Positions 10,641 through 25,804 of a stretch of 64,000 bases of DNA are shown here, in pieces (position 1 is the first letter of the stretch; each line of letters begins with the position of its first letter). The translations under genes were made by a program, and so were the position numbers. The stretch comes from Alphaproteobacteria bacterium (GTDB taxonomy: Bacteria > Pseudomonadota > Alphaproteobacteria > GCA-2731375): NCBI GenBank assembly GCA_965225945.1, contig CBDDBZ010000024.1, positions 1 through 64,000 on the forward strand. Direction: 5' to 3'. The notes below the pieces were generated by a model. It did no database searches. It was not told where the DNA came from and worked only from the letters and a program-made list of their open reading frames with translations.

Positions 10641-11534
10641 CTACCTGGGGCCCAATTGGACGCCCGCCAGATCCTCGTAGAGCTTCACCACCGCGCTGCC
10701 GTCCTGCTTGTTGAGGCCGGCGCCGCGCGCCATCTCGTAGACCTGCTGGGCCAAGTTGCCGAGCAGCAGCACCACCCCCAACTGCTTGGCGAAGGAGGTC
10801 TCCAGATCCATGTCCTTGTAGGTGATGTCGATCGTGCCGCCGGGCGCGAAGTCGCCCTCGATGATCCGGGGCGTCTTGCTCTCGAAGGCGAAGCTGGCGC
10901 CGGTGGAGACGCGGATCACGTCGAACATCTCTTGCGGATCGAGGCCCGCCTTGGCGCCCAGCACCAGCGCCTCGGCGACGGCGACGGTGCCGACCTGGAC
11001 CAGCAGGTTGTTCACCAGCTTCATCGCAAGGCCCTGGCCGACCGGGCCCACATGGAAGAGGTTCGCCGCCATCGCCTCGAAGACCGGCCGACAGGTCTCG
11101 AACACCTCCGCCTCGCCGCCGGCGATGATCGACAATTCGCCCGTCTCGGCCCGAACGGTGCCGCCGCTCACCGGCGCGTCGAGCAAGCGGACGCCGGATT
11201 GCCCGAGGGTTCCGTGCATCCGCTTGGCGGCGAGCGGATCGATGGTCGACATCGACAGCACGATATCGCCTTGCCGCGCGCCCCGCGCGATCCCGTCCTC
11301 GCCGAGGATCACCGCTTCGGCCTGGGCCGTGGTCTCGACCATGACGATCACCTTGCGGGCGGCGCGGGCCACGGCTTCGGGGCTTTCCGCCGCTTCCGCG
11401 CCCAGGGCCACGAGGTGCTGGACCTTGGCGGGATCCAGATCGAGGGCGACGACGGTGAAACCCGCCTTCGCCAAATTGGCCGCCATCGGGCCGCCCATCG
11501 CGCCCAAGCCGATGAATCCGATCTTTTCCGACAT
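10641..11534 (-). CDS. 3-hydroxyisobutyrate dehydrogenase family NAD(P)-dependent oxidoreductase
   Basis: IGFIGLGAMGGPMAANL, DAPVSGG, KLVNN. Confidence 0.9.
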   Translation of the reverse strand: MSEKIGFIGLGAMGGPMAANLAKAGFTVVALDLDPAKVQHLVALGAEAAESPEAVARAARKVIVMVETTAQAEAVILGEDGIARGARQGDIVLSMSTIDPLAAKRMHGTLGQSGVRLLDAPVSGGTVRAETGELSIIAGGEAEVFETCRPVFEAMAANLFHVGPVGQGLAMKLVNNLLVQVGTVAVAEALVLGAKAGLDPQEMFDVIRVSTGASFAFESKTPRIIEGDFAPGGTIDITYKDMDLETSFAKQLGVVLLLGNLAQQVYEMARGAGLNKQDGSAVVKLYEDLAGVQLGPR

Positions 11535-11646
11535 TGCTTCCCTCCACTGATTGCCCGCCTCGGGCGCCCCGACATTGAAGAATCGCGCCCGGACGGCTAT
11601 TGATGGCACCCGATCGTAGCGGAGTGGCGGGGCGGAGGCGGAATTA

Positions 11647-16293
<4,647 letters not shown>

Positions 16294-16373
16294 AGTTGCC
16301 ATTCATGGCTGGCGGGACCAAGTGAGAGGGTCGCCGCGCGGCGTCGGCGGGATAGCAGAGGACCACCCTCGAC

Positions 16374-17816
16374 ATGGGTAAGCCGACGGGGTTTATGGAG
16401 TTCAAACGGCGCGACCGCTCTTACGCGCCGGTCGCCGAGCGGGTGCGTCACTATCGCGAGTTCGTGCTCGAGCTGAGCGAGGAAGAGACCCGTCGACAGG
16501 GGGCCCGCTGCATGGATTGCGGCATCCCCTACTGCCACACCGGCTGTCCGGTGAACAACATCATCCCCGACTGGAACGACCTGGTCTATCGCGGCAACTG
16601 GCGCGACGCGCTCGACGTGCTGCACTCGACCAACAACTTCCCCGAGTTCACCGGGCGCGTCTGCCCGGCGCCTTGCGAGGCGGCCTGCACGCTCAACATC
16701 ACCGAGCAACCGGTCACCATCAAGACCATCGAATGCGCGATCGTCGACAAGGGCTGGCGGGAAGGCTGGATCACGCCCAAGATCGCCAAGCGGCGGACGG
16801 GCAGCAGAGTGGCCGTCATCGGTTCCGGTCCCGCCGGGCTCGCCGCCGCGCAGCAGCTCATCCGCGCCGGTCACGCGGTGACGATCTACGAGAAGAACGC
16901 CAAGCTCGGCGGCCTGTTGCGCTACGGTATCCCGGACTTCAAGCTGGAGAAGCGCTGCATCGACCAGCGCATGGCGCAGATGCGGGCGGAGGGCGTGGAA
17001 TTCCGCTCCAACACCAACGTCGGCGTCGACATCACGGTCGAGGAGATCCTGCAGATTTACGACGCGGTGGTGCTGGCCGGCGGCGCCGAGCATCCCCGCG
17101 ATATGCCGGTGCCGGGCTGCGAGGCCGACGGCGTGCACTTCGCCATGCGCTTCCTCGGGCAGCAGAACCGTCGCGTCTCCGGCGAGCCGCTGGGCGACGA
17201 CCAGCCGCTGGAAGCCGGCGGCAAGCACGTCGTCGTGATCGGCGGCGGCGATACCGGTTCGGACTGCGTCGGCACTTCGATCCGCCAAGGTGCCGCCTCG
17301 GTGACCCTGCTCGAGATTATGCCGAAGCCGCCCGAGGCCGAGGACAAGGCGCTCACCTGGCCGAACTGGCCGATGAAGCTGCGGACCTCCACCTCGCACC
17401 AGGAGGGCTGCGAGCGCGACTGGTCCGTCGCCACCAAGGCGGTGAAGCAGGATGACGGCAAAGTGACGGCGTTGGAGTTGGTCCGCCTCGATTGGCGGGC
17501 GGGGGACGACGGGCGCATGGCGATGCGCGAGATCCCCGGCAGCGGCTTCGAGATCGAGGCCGATCTGGTGCTGCTGGCGATGGGCTTCGTGCACCCGATT
17601 CACGAGGGATTGCTGGAAAGTCTGGGCGTCGAGCTCGACGGGCACGGCAACGTCGCCGCCGATACCGAGGGCTACCAGACCTCGCACGCACGGGTCTTCG
17701 CCGCCGGCGACATGCGCCGCGGCCAGTCCCTGGTGGTCTGGGCGATCCACGAGGGACGGCGCTGCGCTCGGGCCGTCGACACTTACCTCACCGGCTCCAG
17801 CAATCTCCCCGGCTGA
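16374..17816 (+). CDS. gltD: glutamate synthase small subunit
   Basis: [34 protein letters not shown]; follows gltB. Confidence 0.97.
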   Translation: MGKPTGFMEFKRRDRSYAPVAERVRHYREFVLELSEEETRRQGARCMDCGIPYCHTGCPVNNIIPDWNDLVYRGNWRDALDVLHSTNNFPEFTGRVCPAPCEAACTLNITEQPVTIKTIECAIVDKGWREGWITPKIAKRRTGSRVAVIGSGPAGLAAAQQLIRAGHAVTIYEKNAKLGGLLRYGIPDFKLEKRCIDQRMAQMRAEGVEFRSNTNVGVDITVEEILQIYDAVVLAGGAEHPRDMPVPGCEADGVHFAMRFLGQQNRRVSGEPLGDDQPLEAGGKHVVVIGGGDTGSDCVGTSIRQGAASVTLLEIMPKPPEAEDKALTWPNWPMKLRTSTSHQEGCERDWSVATKAVKQDDGKVTALELVRLDWRAGDDGRMAMREIPGSGFEIEADLVLLAMGFVHPIHEGLLESLGVELDGHGNVAADTEGYQTSHARVFAAGDMRRGQSLVVWAIHEGRRCARAVDTYLTGSSNLPG

Positions 17817-18071
17817 GCGAGGCCGAAGAGCCGCCTCTCGGTCGGGCACCGTCGCCAGGCGCGAAGCCAGCGCGGCGATCCAGCGGCGTATCTCGCGCGG
17901 GTGGCCGTGGGAATATCATGGGCATCGGGATCGATCGACGAGCGGTGGGTCGGCGGGGCAATGTCGACGATCGGGGGTAGACACACCGTTGGGCCGGGGT
18001 GGCCGATTCGATGATTCGTCGCCACAATCGGAAGTGAGAAATCACGATAGATCCTGTACAGAGCGTGCCGC

Positions 18072-21000
18072 TCAGCTTCCGGCTTCAAGTGACGCGAGGT
18101 TCTCCGCAGCGCGGTCGCGCCAACTGACGCTTCCTTGTCCGTCTGCGATCGATATTGCGGCCTGGTAGGCTGCGGCGGCCTCGTCCGTCCGGCCCGCCGC
18201 CTCCAGCACGATGCCGCGCCAACGGTGCATTTCGGGCTCGTAAATCCGCTGTTCCGTGCTTTCGATCAGATCGCGGCTCTGCTCCAGAACCTCGAGGGCC
18301 TTGGTCATATCGCCGTTCAAACAATGGGCCTCGGCGAGGCTCAGTTGCATGAAGGGTATGTGCTGGCATCCTCCCGTCGCGATGAACCCGTCGATCCCGG
18401 CCGCAATCAATGGCAGCCCTGCAGCGGCATTTCCGTTTAGAACCTCCGCAGTTCCCAGGCCCCAGGTGGCGATCTGCTCCCAGAACATACCACCCGTCGT
18501 CCGGGTGTACTCCAACAGGCGCGTAGCGGAAGTGCAGATACGTTCCGAATTGCGGTCGAACGTCGCGAGGAGTGTGGCCCAGGTCAGGGCATAGGGTAGC
18601 GAGTTGGCGTCGGTTCGAATTCGCACAGCCTTTGCTACCGCGTCGGCCGAGCGCGTGAAGGCAGCATCTCTGTAACCGAGTGCCCACTCGAGGTGGGAAA
18701 GCGCCGACGGTGCCGTGGAGACCGGATTGTGCGCAAATCCGAGGGGAATCTCCTGCAAGACGCGCTCGTCGCTTTCCGTGAACCGCTTCAGCAACTCATA
18801 GGCACCGACGAGATCACCCATCAGGGCTCGGGCGCCACCCATCAGTCGAATGCCGACGAGGTCAATCCATGCCAGGCCGGTCTCCTGCGCAACGGCACGG
18901 ACCTGTTCGCCGGATTCGTCCGCCTGCCGACGCTGACCGGTGAGCATCAGTCCGACGTACTGTCCGTACTAGGCAATCACGCGTGCCCCCGCGTCACCCC
19001 GCCGTGTCGCGAGAATAGCGGCCCGCTCGAACGTCGTAATGGCCTGGGGTGCGCCACCGCCGAAGACTCCGAACTGGACCTGGCCGAGCAGCAAGAGGAG
19101 CGACAGTTCCAGTTTTCCGTCATCGCCCCAGTCGCCCATCGTCCGGAGGATCCTCAGAGCATTCGTGCAATGCGCCGTGGCTTCGGGCTGCTCGGATCGC
19201 TGAGCGGCCGCAATGCTGGCCTTGTCCAACCACCGAATGGCGTTTTTCAGATCGTTCCCCAGTTCGAAGTGACGGGCCAGAACCTCGGGTGCGACTTCCG
19301 AGCCATCGCCGGCCGAATGCGCCTCGGCAATCGCGAGGTGAAGGGCCTGCCGGCGCCGGCGCAGCAGGCTCTCGTAGGCGACGTCCTGGATCAGCGTGTG
19401 TTTGAAGGTGTAGACCTCGCGCTCGTCGTGACGGGTACGGAAGATCAGCTGCGAGTCGACTAGTCGGTCGAGAGCTTCGGTCAGATTGCCGCCGTGGCCA
19501 TCGGCCACCCGCGCCAGCAGCTCGCGCCCGAACTCCCGCCCGATCACCGCGCCGATCTGGGCGATCTCCTTGGCTGACCCCAGCCGGTCGAGCCGAGCCA
19601 TCAGCGAGGCCTGGAGCGTGACCGGCACGTCCTCATCAGCGAGGTCGAATCCCGCCTCGGCCATCGCCTTGGTCAGTTCCTCGACGAAAAGCGGTACGCC
19701 GTCGGTGCGCTCGACAATTCTGGCGACGGCCTCGTCTGTTAGGTCCTGCCCGGCGACGTCGCGGACCATCGCGCCGATCTGAGCCCGCGAGAGCCGGGTC
19801 ATGTTGAGGGTCGTGACGTGACCCTGACCCTGGAACGGGTCGGACCATTCCGGGCGGTGGGTTACCAGCATCAGCAAGCGCTGACCGGCCAGTCGCGGCA
19901 CGGTTTCGACGATTAGCTCCTGCGTCGTCGGGTCGATCCAGTGGGCGTCTTCCAGCACGAACAGCACCGGCTCCTCACGTGCCAGCCCGAGAAGCTGGTC
20001 TTGAAGCGCCCTCAGCGTCGCGATGCGCTGTTGCTGCGGTGGCATGTCGAGCGCGCCATAGCGGGTCTCGAAGGGAACGGACAGCAGGGCGGCGATCAGA
20101 GGCGCGGCCTCGCCGATCTCGGGCGTTGCCTGCCGCAGGACGGCCTCGATGCGGTCCAGCTTTGCCTCCACAGGGTCGTCGGCCGCGAGCCCGACGGCAT
20201 GGTCGAATTGCCGGACCACCGGATAGAGAGCCGAGTTCACGTAGTGCGGCGAGCACTGGAAGAGTACCAATCGGTGCGGATCGCCCTCGATCCGGTCCCG
20301 AAAGGTCTGGACGATGCGTGACTTGCCGATCCCCGGCTCGCCCGCGATCAGAACGACCTGGCCTTCGCTGTCCCTCGCCTGCTGCCAGCGATCGAGAAGC
20401 AGCCCGACCTCGTGGGTGCGCCCGGTGAAGGCCGTCAACCGCATGCCGGGCGCCGTGAAGTGGCCCTCGCTCTCGCGCTGGGCTTGCACGGCCCAGGCAT
20501 CGACCGGCGCTTTGAAGCCCTTGAGAGCCTGGGGGCCGAGGAACTCGAGATCGAAGGCCGTGCGCACGAGCGCCCTTGTGATCCGGCCGATCACAACGCC
20601 CCCGGGAGGCGCCACGCTCTGAAGTCGTGCCGCAAGGTTCGGAGTTTCGCCCGTCACCATTCCCTGTTGACCGACGGTCTCGTCGTTCAGGTCGCCCACC
20701 ACGACATGCCCGGTCGCGATCCCGACACGGGCCGCGAGCATTTCCTGAGAGCCCTCGGTTAGCGGAACTCGGCCGACGCCATCGACGGCGTCCAACCCGG
20801 CGCGGACCGCCCGGACGGCCTGATCCTCGCCCGCGGTCGGCCATCCAAAATACGCGATGACCCCATCGCCCAGCCAGTTGGCCACGTATCCGGCGTTCCG
20901 TTCGATAGCCGACGCAACGTCTGCCTGATAGCGCTGCATAAGCGCTCTGAGGTCCTCGGGATCGAGGCGGCCGGACAGCTCCGTCGACCCGACCAGATCG

Positions 21001-21290
21001 ACGAACATCACCGTGAGCTGGCGCCGCTCTGCCGCAGTCGGCGGCTCGCCTGACGATCCCCTGCCGTCAATGGGCTGTCCGCCCGTGACGTCTTCGCCAT
21101 GTGCTTCCAGCGCGCCGAGATTTTGCGCGGCCTTCATGAGGCGTCGCCGCGGCCCGACCGGCAAACCGATCTCCCTCAGATCATCTTCGGTGAGATCTGG
21201 CAGATCCGAGAATTCGACCTCATTCTCGGTAAAGGCTGGGTAGTATCTTTCGAGGCCTAGATGCTCCAGCCAAGTCGCCAAGTCGTTCAT
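18072..21290 (-). pseudogene. SAM - class III adenylate/guanylate cyclase - STAND ATPase - TPR protein, inactivated
   Basis: ERRQLTVMFVDLVGST, GETPNLAARLQ, GEPGIGKS, EDAHW; in-frame TAG at 18969-18971 with the frame continuing to 18072; cassette inserted 2 nt upstream of the ATG. Confidence 0.85.
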
Positions 21291-21308
21291 TCCTTGCCTA
21301 TCCGGTTA

Positions 21309-21410
21309 TCACCCACACCCACTATATGTAGTGTGCACCCATTTTCCTGAGTAAAGCTCGGTGCAGGTCGAAGCGGAGATATCTCCGGCGATGCCGAGCA
21401 GGGACTCGGA
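21309..21410 (-). pseudogene. probable 3' stub of an IS1595-family transposase (also at 55802-55903 and 60431-60532)
   Basis: SLLGIAGDISASTCTELYSGKWVH...GCG* resembles C-termini I recall for IS1595/ISXO2-like transposases; stop lies inside the TIR; not verified by search. Confidence 0.55.
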
Positions 21411-21567
21411 CGGCATTGTAGCGCCTTTTAGGCGACACTTTAGCGTGGTGGAAATCCTAATCATTGAGTCGGATTTGGCAAAACGCCACGTTGCATAAAG
21501 GACCGTCACTTCATTGAAATTTATCTGAAATCGGAGGTGAACGACACCGATGGAATATTCCAGGAAA

Positions 21568-21876
21568 TCAGAGCTTCATTGAATTGTAGGATTCGAGTGC
21601 CGGATTATTCACAAATAGCTCTGTGAACTGGTTTTCAAGTTCGCTCAATACGTCATATGAAGTAAACGGATTGAGGATCACGTTCTTGCGTGTCGCTTCG
21701 TCTTCGCTGCGACTCAAAACGCGCAGGAGACTAACAGGCGCGGACGGGTTCTTCGCAACGATTCGTGCCAGCGCGTCGCTTTCTTCGACTAGTGCCGTCA
21801 ATCGCTCAGACGATGTCGTTTCATCAGCAGCTTCCCGTCTGGCCGTGGGTTTCTTCGTTTTTCCCTTGGTCGCCAC
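21568..21876 (-). CDS. LRV/HEAT-like repeat passenger protein, copy 1
   Basis: VAKNPSAPVSLLRVLS, VILNPFTSYDVLSEL, FVNNPAL repeats; GGGGGA RBS before GTG; identical in three copies. Confidence 0.75.
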   Translation of the reverse strand: MATKGKTKKPTARREAADETTSSERLTALVEESDALARIVAKNPSAPVSLLRVLSRSEDEATRKNVILNPFTSYDVLSELENQFTELFVNNPALESYNSMKL

Positions 21877-22533
21877 CGTTCCGTCCCCCGATGTTAAGTA
21901 CGTGACGTGAATTAAACTCCGGTTCGGTTTTCAGAACAATCAAGAATTAGCCGGATCGCCTCCTCAATGCGCCTGCGCCGGCCCTTGCCTGCAGTCAATG
22001 CGCCTGCGCCGGCCCTTGCCTGCAGTCCAAGGAGACACACTACATATAGTGGGTGTGGGTGATAACCGGATAGGCAAGGTTCATTCACGCCCCCCGGGTT
22101 GGGAGACCGTAGCGCAGCCCTCACGAGCGTGGGAGTCCGACTTGGATCAATTTCTCCATTTAAATTAGAGAGATCTAATGTAACGGGTAAAGTCGAGGGT
22201 ATGCCGGACGTGGTTCGAGGCATCGCTGACATTCGGTCACCTCCCGATGGCGCGAACCGCGTATGCCCTTGGGAGACCCCATTATAGCGCACTCCCCGCC
22301 CGAGGAGATGTCCGCTATCGCGGGCACCTACCATAAGCAACGAGAAAATGACAGTGCGGGGCGCGGAGTGCCACCGCGGCCCTGGGTGGGCCCCATGTGT
22401 CACCGCCGGCGTCCTCGACCGCTGCCGCCCGGATCGGCTCGCGCCAGCGGCTTCCTCGCGATGTTTTCGTTGTCGCCAGCTGTTTTGTCGTTATATAATT
22501 GGTAGTCCAACTATTTCGATACGGACGATTGGG

Positions 22534-23037
22534 ATGCGAGATACCGTGCGCGACGAAACCTTGCGCGACGAAACCTTGCGCGACAGTGTCGGCGAGCATG
22601 TCGGCGAGATGGCCCGGCTGTGGCGCGTCAACATGGGCCGCCGCCTGCACTCGCACGGTCTCAGCTTTCCGCAATGGGCCGTGCTGCGGGCCTTGGCGGG
22701 CGAGGGCGACGGCATGGTCCAGCGCGACTTGGCCGAGGCCATCGGGGTCGACGGCTCGACCCTGGTCGGCATCCTCGACCGCCTGGCCAAGGCCTCGTTG
22801 ATCGAGCGGCGCGAGGCCGAGCACGATCGCCGTTTCAAGCGCGTTCATCTGAGCGAGGCCGCCCGCGCCCTGCTGCCGGAATTGAGGGCGATCCACCTCG
22901 GGCTTCGCCACGAGCTCTATGCCGACATTCCCGAAGCCGATCTCGAAATCTGCCTGAGCGTCCTCAGACGCGCCACGGCCCGGGGCCGCGACCTGCGCGC
23001 GGCCGCCACTACGTCCGACGATGGGTCGCCGCGATGA
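22534..23037 (+). CDS. MarR family regulator
   Basis: QRDLAEAIGVDGSTLVGILDRL, DRRFKRVHLS; in-frame 15-bp tandem repeat 22547-22584. Confidence 0.9.
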   Translation: MRDTVRDETLRDETLRDSVGEHVGEMARLWRVNMGRRLHSHGLSFPQWAVLRALAGEGDGMVQRDLAEAIGVDGSTLVGILDRLAKASLIERREAEHDRRFKRVHLSEAARALLPELRAIHLGLRHELYADIPEADLEICLSVLRRATARGRDLRAAATTSDDGSPR

Positions 23038-24185
23038 ACGATCAGAGCATCGCCCGGCACGTAAGCGATCCGGAGTCCCCCGTGCCCCTCCGACGGCGGC
23101 GGCTTCCGCCATTTCTGATCCCGTTGCTGACCGTGCTGCTGATGATGATCGGGGTTGCCGTCTGGGGCGGGCGCTGGTACCTGCACCAGCTCGATTTCGT
23201 CGAGGAGACCAACGCCCGGATCGATGCCGACGTCACCGCCATCGCCAGCCGCGTTTCCGGCTGGATGGTCGCCATGCCGAAGGGCGAGGGCGCCGAGGTC
23301 GAGACCGGGGCGGTGCTGGCGCGGGTCGACGACCGCCGGGCACGGCTGAGAAAACAGGAGCTGGAGGCGGAACGTGCCGCCGTTCTGGCCCAGCGCGACC
23401 GGGTCGCCGCGCGTCTCGCCATGGTCGACGGTCAGACCGAGAGCCGTCTCGCCAGCGAGCGGGCGCGATTGCAGGCGGCCAAGGCGCTGGGCGAATCCCT
23501 GACCCACGAATTTCGCTATGCCCAGGACGAGTTTCGTCGCGCCGAGGCGCTGGCCAAGCGCGGCGTGATCGCGGCCCGCCGGCTCGACGAGGCGCGCACC
23601 GCCTATCTCCGGGCCGAGCAGGCCCAGCTGCGTGCCCGCGCCCAGGTGGCGAGCGCCGAAGCCGAGCTGGGCGAGGCGCGCTCCGCGCGGGGCGAGCTCG
23701 ACGTGCTGAAGGCCGAGCTCGTCCGCCTGGAGCACCAGGCGAGCTCGCTCGCCTCGCAGGCCTCGCGCCAGGCGCTGGAGATCGAGGATCACGCCATCAA
23801 GAGCCCCTTCGAGGGCGTCGTCAGCCGCACCTTCGTCTCGGTCGGCCAGTATGTCGCCGCCGGCCAGCGGATCGCCCTGTTGCACGACCCGCGCGCGGTC
23901 TGGGTCGAGGCGCTGATCAAGGAGACGGTGATCCGCCGCGTCCACCCGGGCCAGTCGGTCGAGGTCCGGGTCGACGCCTATCCCGATCGCGTCTTCGAGG
24001 GCCGCGTCGCCAAGGTCGGTCACGCCGCGACCAGCGAGTTCACCCTGCTGCCGACCCCGAACCCGAGCGGCAACTTCACCAAGATCACCCAGCGCCTGCC
24101 GGTCCGCGTCGCGGTCGAGCAGGATCGGGGCTTGTTGAAGCCCGGGATGATGGTCGAGGTCTCCATTGACACCCGACAACGCTGA
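23034..24185 (+). CDS. EmrA/HlyD family efflux membrane fusion protein
   Basis: N-terminal TM helix, NPSGNFTKITQRLPVRV, LKPGMMVEV. Confidence 0.9.
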   Translation: MNDQSIARHVSDPESPVPLRRRRLPPFLIPLLTVLLMMIGVAVWGGRWYLHQLDFVEETNARIDADVTAIASRVSGWMVAMPKGEGAEVETGAVLARVDDRRARLRKQELEAERAAVLAQRDRVAARLAMVDGQTESRLASERARLQAAKALGESLTHEFRYAQDEFRRAEALAKRGVIAARRLDEARTAYLRAEQAQLRARAQVASAEAELGEARSARGELDVLKAELVRLEHQASSLASQASRQALEIEDHAIKSPFEGVVSRTFVSVGQYVAAGQRIALLHDPRAVWVEALIKETVIRRVHPGQSVEVRVDAYPDRVFEGRVAKVGHAATSEFTLLPTPNPSGNFTKITQRLPVRVAVEQDRGLLKPGMMVEVSIDTRQR

Positions 24186-25767
24186 CGATCGCGCCCGCGC
24201 CTTTCTTCGCGAGCGGCGGTGGTTCGCCACGATCACCGTCAACTTGGCGATGATCGCCTCGATCATGTCGTCGACCATGATCAACGTGGCGCTGCCCGAT
24301 ATCATGGGCGCGCACGGCGTCGGCCAGGACATCGCCCATTGGCTCTCCACCGGCTTCATCAGCGCGCAGACGGTTTGCATGCTGGTCGCCGCCTGGATGG
24401 TGGCGCGGATCGGGCCGCGCTACACCTACCTCACGGCCATCGTGGTCTTCGTGCTGGCCTCCTTTCTCGGCCTCCAAGGCACGTCGATCGAGACCCTGAT
24501 CCTCGCCCGGGTGCTGCAGGGCTCGGCCGCGGGCATGCTGCAACCGCTGACGCTGACCATCATCTTCGCCGCCTTCCCGCCCGAGCAGCGGGGCAAGGCG
24601 ATGGGGATCTTCGCCATGGGCGTGGTGCTGGGACCGGCCTTCGGCCCCTTCTTCGGCGGCATCATCATCGACCAGATGAGCTGGCCCTACGTCTTCGTCG
24701 GCGCGGTCCCGCTGCTGATCCTGGGCGGCGCGCTCGCCTTCTCGACGCTGCCGCGCAAGATCCCCGATCTCGTCCCCCAGCGCTTCAACTGGCTGAGTTT
24801 CGCGCTCGTGACGCTGGCGGTGGCGATGTTCCTGACCTCGCTCTCGAACGGCCAGCGGCTCGGCTGGAACAGTGAGCAGATCGTGCTCGGCTTCGTCGTC
24901 GCGATCCTTTCGGCCTGCGCCTTCGTGCTGTGGGAACTGGTGACCAAGACGCCGCTCTTACAAGTGCGTCTGTTTGCCGACCCGCGCTTCTCGCTCGCCG
25001 CCGTGGTCGCCTTCGTGTTCGGCGCCGGCATGTTCAGCTCGTTTTATATCCTGCCGCTCTATGCCAGGACGGTGCAGGAGTTCACGCCGACCAAGGCCGG
25101 TCTCATGTTGATGCCGGCGGGGCTCCTCCTGCTGTTCGTCTTCCCCCTCGCGGGGTGGCTCGCCCAACGCTCGGCCCGGGGGCCCGTGCTCGGCGGCCTG
25201 GTCCTTTTCGGCGGCTCGATGCTGCTGTTTCACGACGCCGACGCCAACACCGCGCTGCTGTTCTTCATCACCGTCACCATGATCGGTCGCGCCGGGCTCG
25301 GCTTCGTCATGCCGGCCATCAACCTGCATGCGCTCCGCACGCTGCCGGACGAATTCCTCGCCTTCGGCGCCGGCACCTTCACCTTCGTCCGCATGCTGGG
25401 GGCCTCGATCGGCACCAACGCCGTCGCCATCTATATCGCGCGGCGCACCGACACCCATGTCGAATGGCTGAAGGCGACGCAGACGGCGGACAACGCGATG
25501 ACGGCGGAATTCATGCTCGGGATCGACGACTACCTCGCCCAAGCCGGCCTCGCCGGGATCGAGCACGCCGCCAGCGGCATCGGGCACTTGCGCCGCGTGA
25601 TCGAATGGCAGGCCAACGTGGGGGCGTACCAGGACGCCTTCGTCGCCGTCGGCCTGGTCTTCGCGCTGGGGCTGATCCCGGCGCTCTTCCTCGGCCGTGG
25701 CGCCCGCGCGCCGGAAAGCGCGGCTGGCCGTCCGGGCGCGCCGCGCGCCGAATCGAGCCGGGCTTGA
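24166..25767 (+). CDS. EmrB/QacA DHA2 MFS efflux permease
   Basis: INVALPDIM, ARVLQG, FPPEQRGKAMG, GPAFGP. Confidence 0.9.
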   Translation: MTPDNADDRARAFLRERRWFATITVNLAMIASIMSSTMINVALPDIMGAHGVGQDIAHWLSTGFISAQTVCMLVAAWMVARIGPRYTYLTAIVVFVLASFLGLQGTSIETLILARVLQGSAAGMLQPLTLTIIFAAFPPEQRGKAMGIFAMGVVLGPAFGPFFGGIIIDQMSWPYVFVGAVPLLILGGALAFSTLPRKIPDLVPQRFNWLSFALVTLAVAMFLTSLSNGQRLGWNSEQIVLGFVVAILSACAFVLWELVTKTPLLQVRLFADPRFSLAAVVAFVFGAGMFSSFYILPLYARTVQEFTPTKAGLMLMPAGLLLLFVFPLAGWLAQRSARGPVLGGLVLFGGSMLLFHDADANTALLFFITVTMIGRAGLGFVMPAINLHALRTLPDEFLAFGAGTFTFVRMLGASIGTNAVAIYIARRTDTHVEWLKATQTADNAMTAEFMLGIDDYLAQAGLAGIEHAASGIGHLRRVIEWQANVGAYQDAFVAVGLVFALGLIPALFLGRGARAPESAAGRPGAPRAESSRA

Positions 25768-25804
25768 GCGTCGTCCCGTCCACCGAAGGTTGTCGCGAAT
25801 GAGG

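Larger units (their letters stand above)
21293..22078 (-). mobile_element. non-autonomous IS1595-family-derived cassette, copy 1 (786 bp)
   Basis: perfect 43-bp TIRs CTTGCCTATCCGGTTATCACCCACACCCACTATATGTAGTGTG; TSD GTTCATTC at 21285-21292 and 22079-22086; 31-bp internal tandem duplication 21965-22026. Confidence 0.95.

Noticed and set aside
11603-11620. TGGCAC upstream of gltB as a sigma54 promoter
   Set aside because: No TTGC at the -12 position.
21623-21910. 95-aa plus-strand ORF in the cassette
   Set aside because: Antisense to the LRV gene, with no RBS or domain signal.
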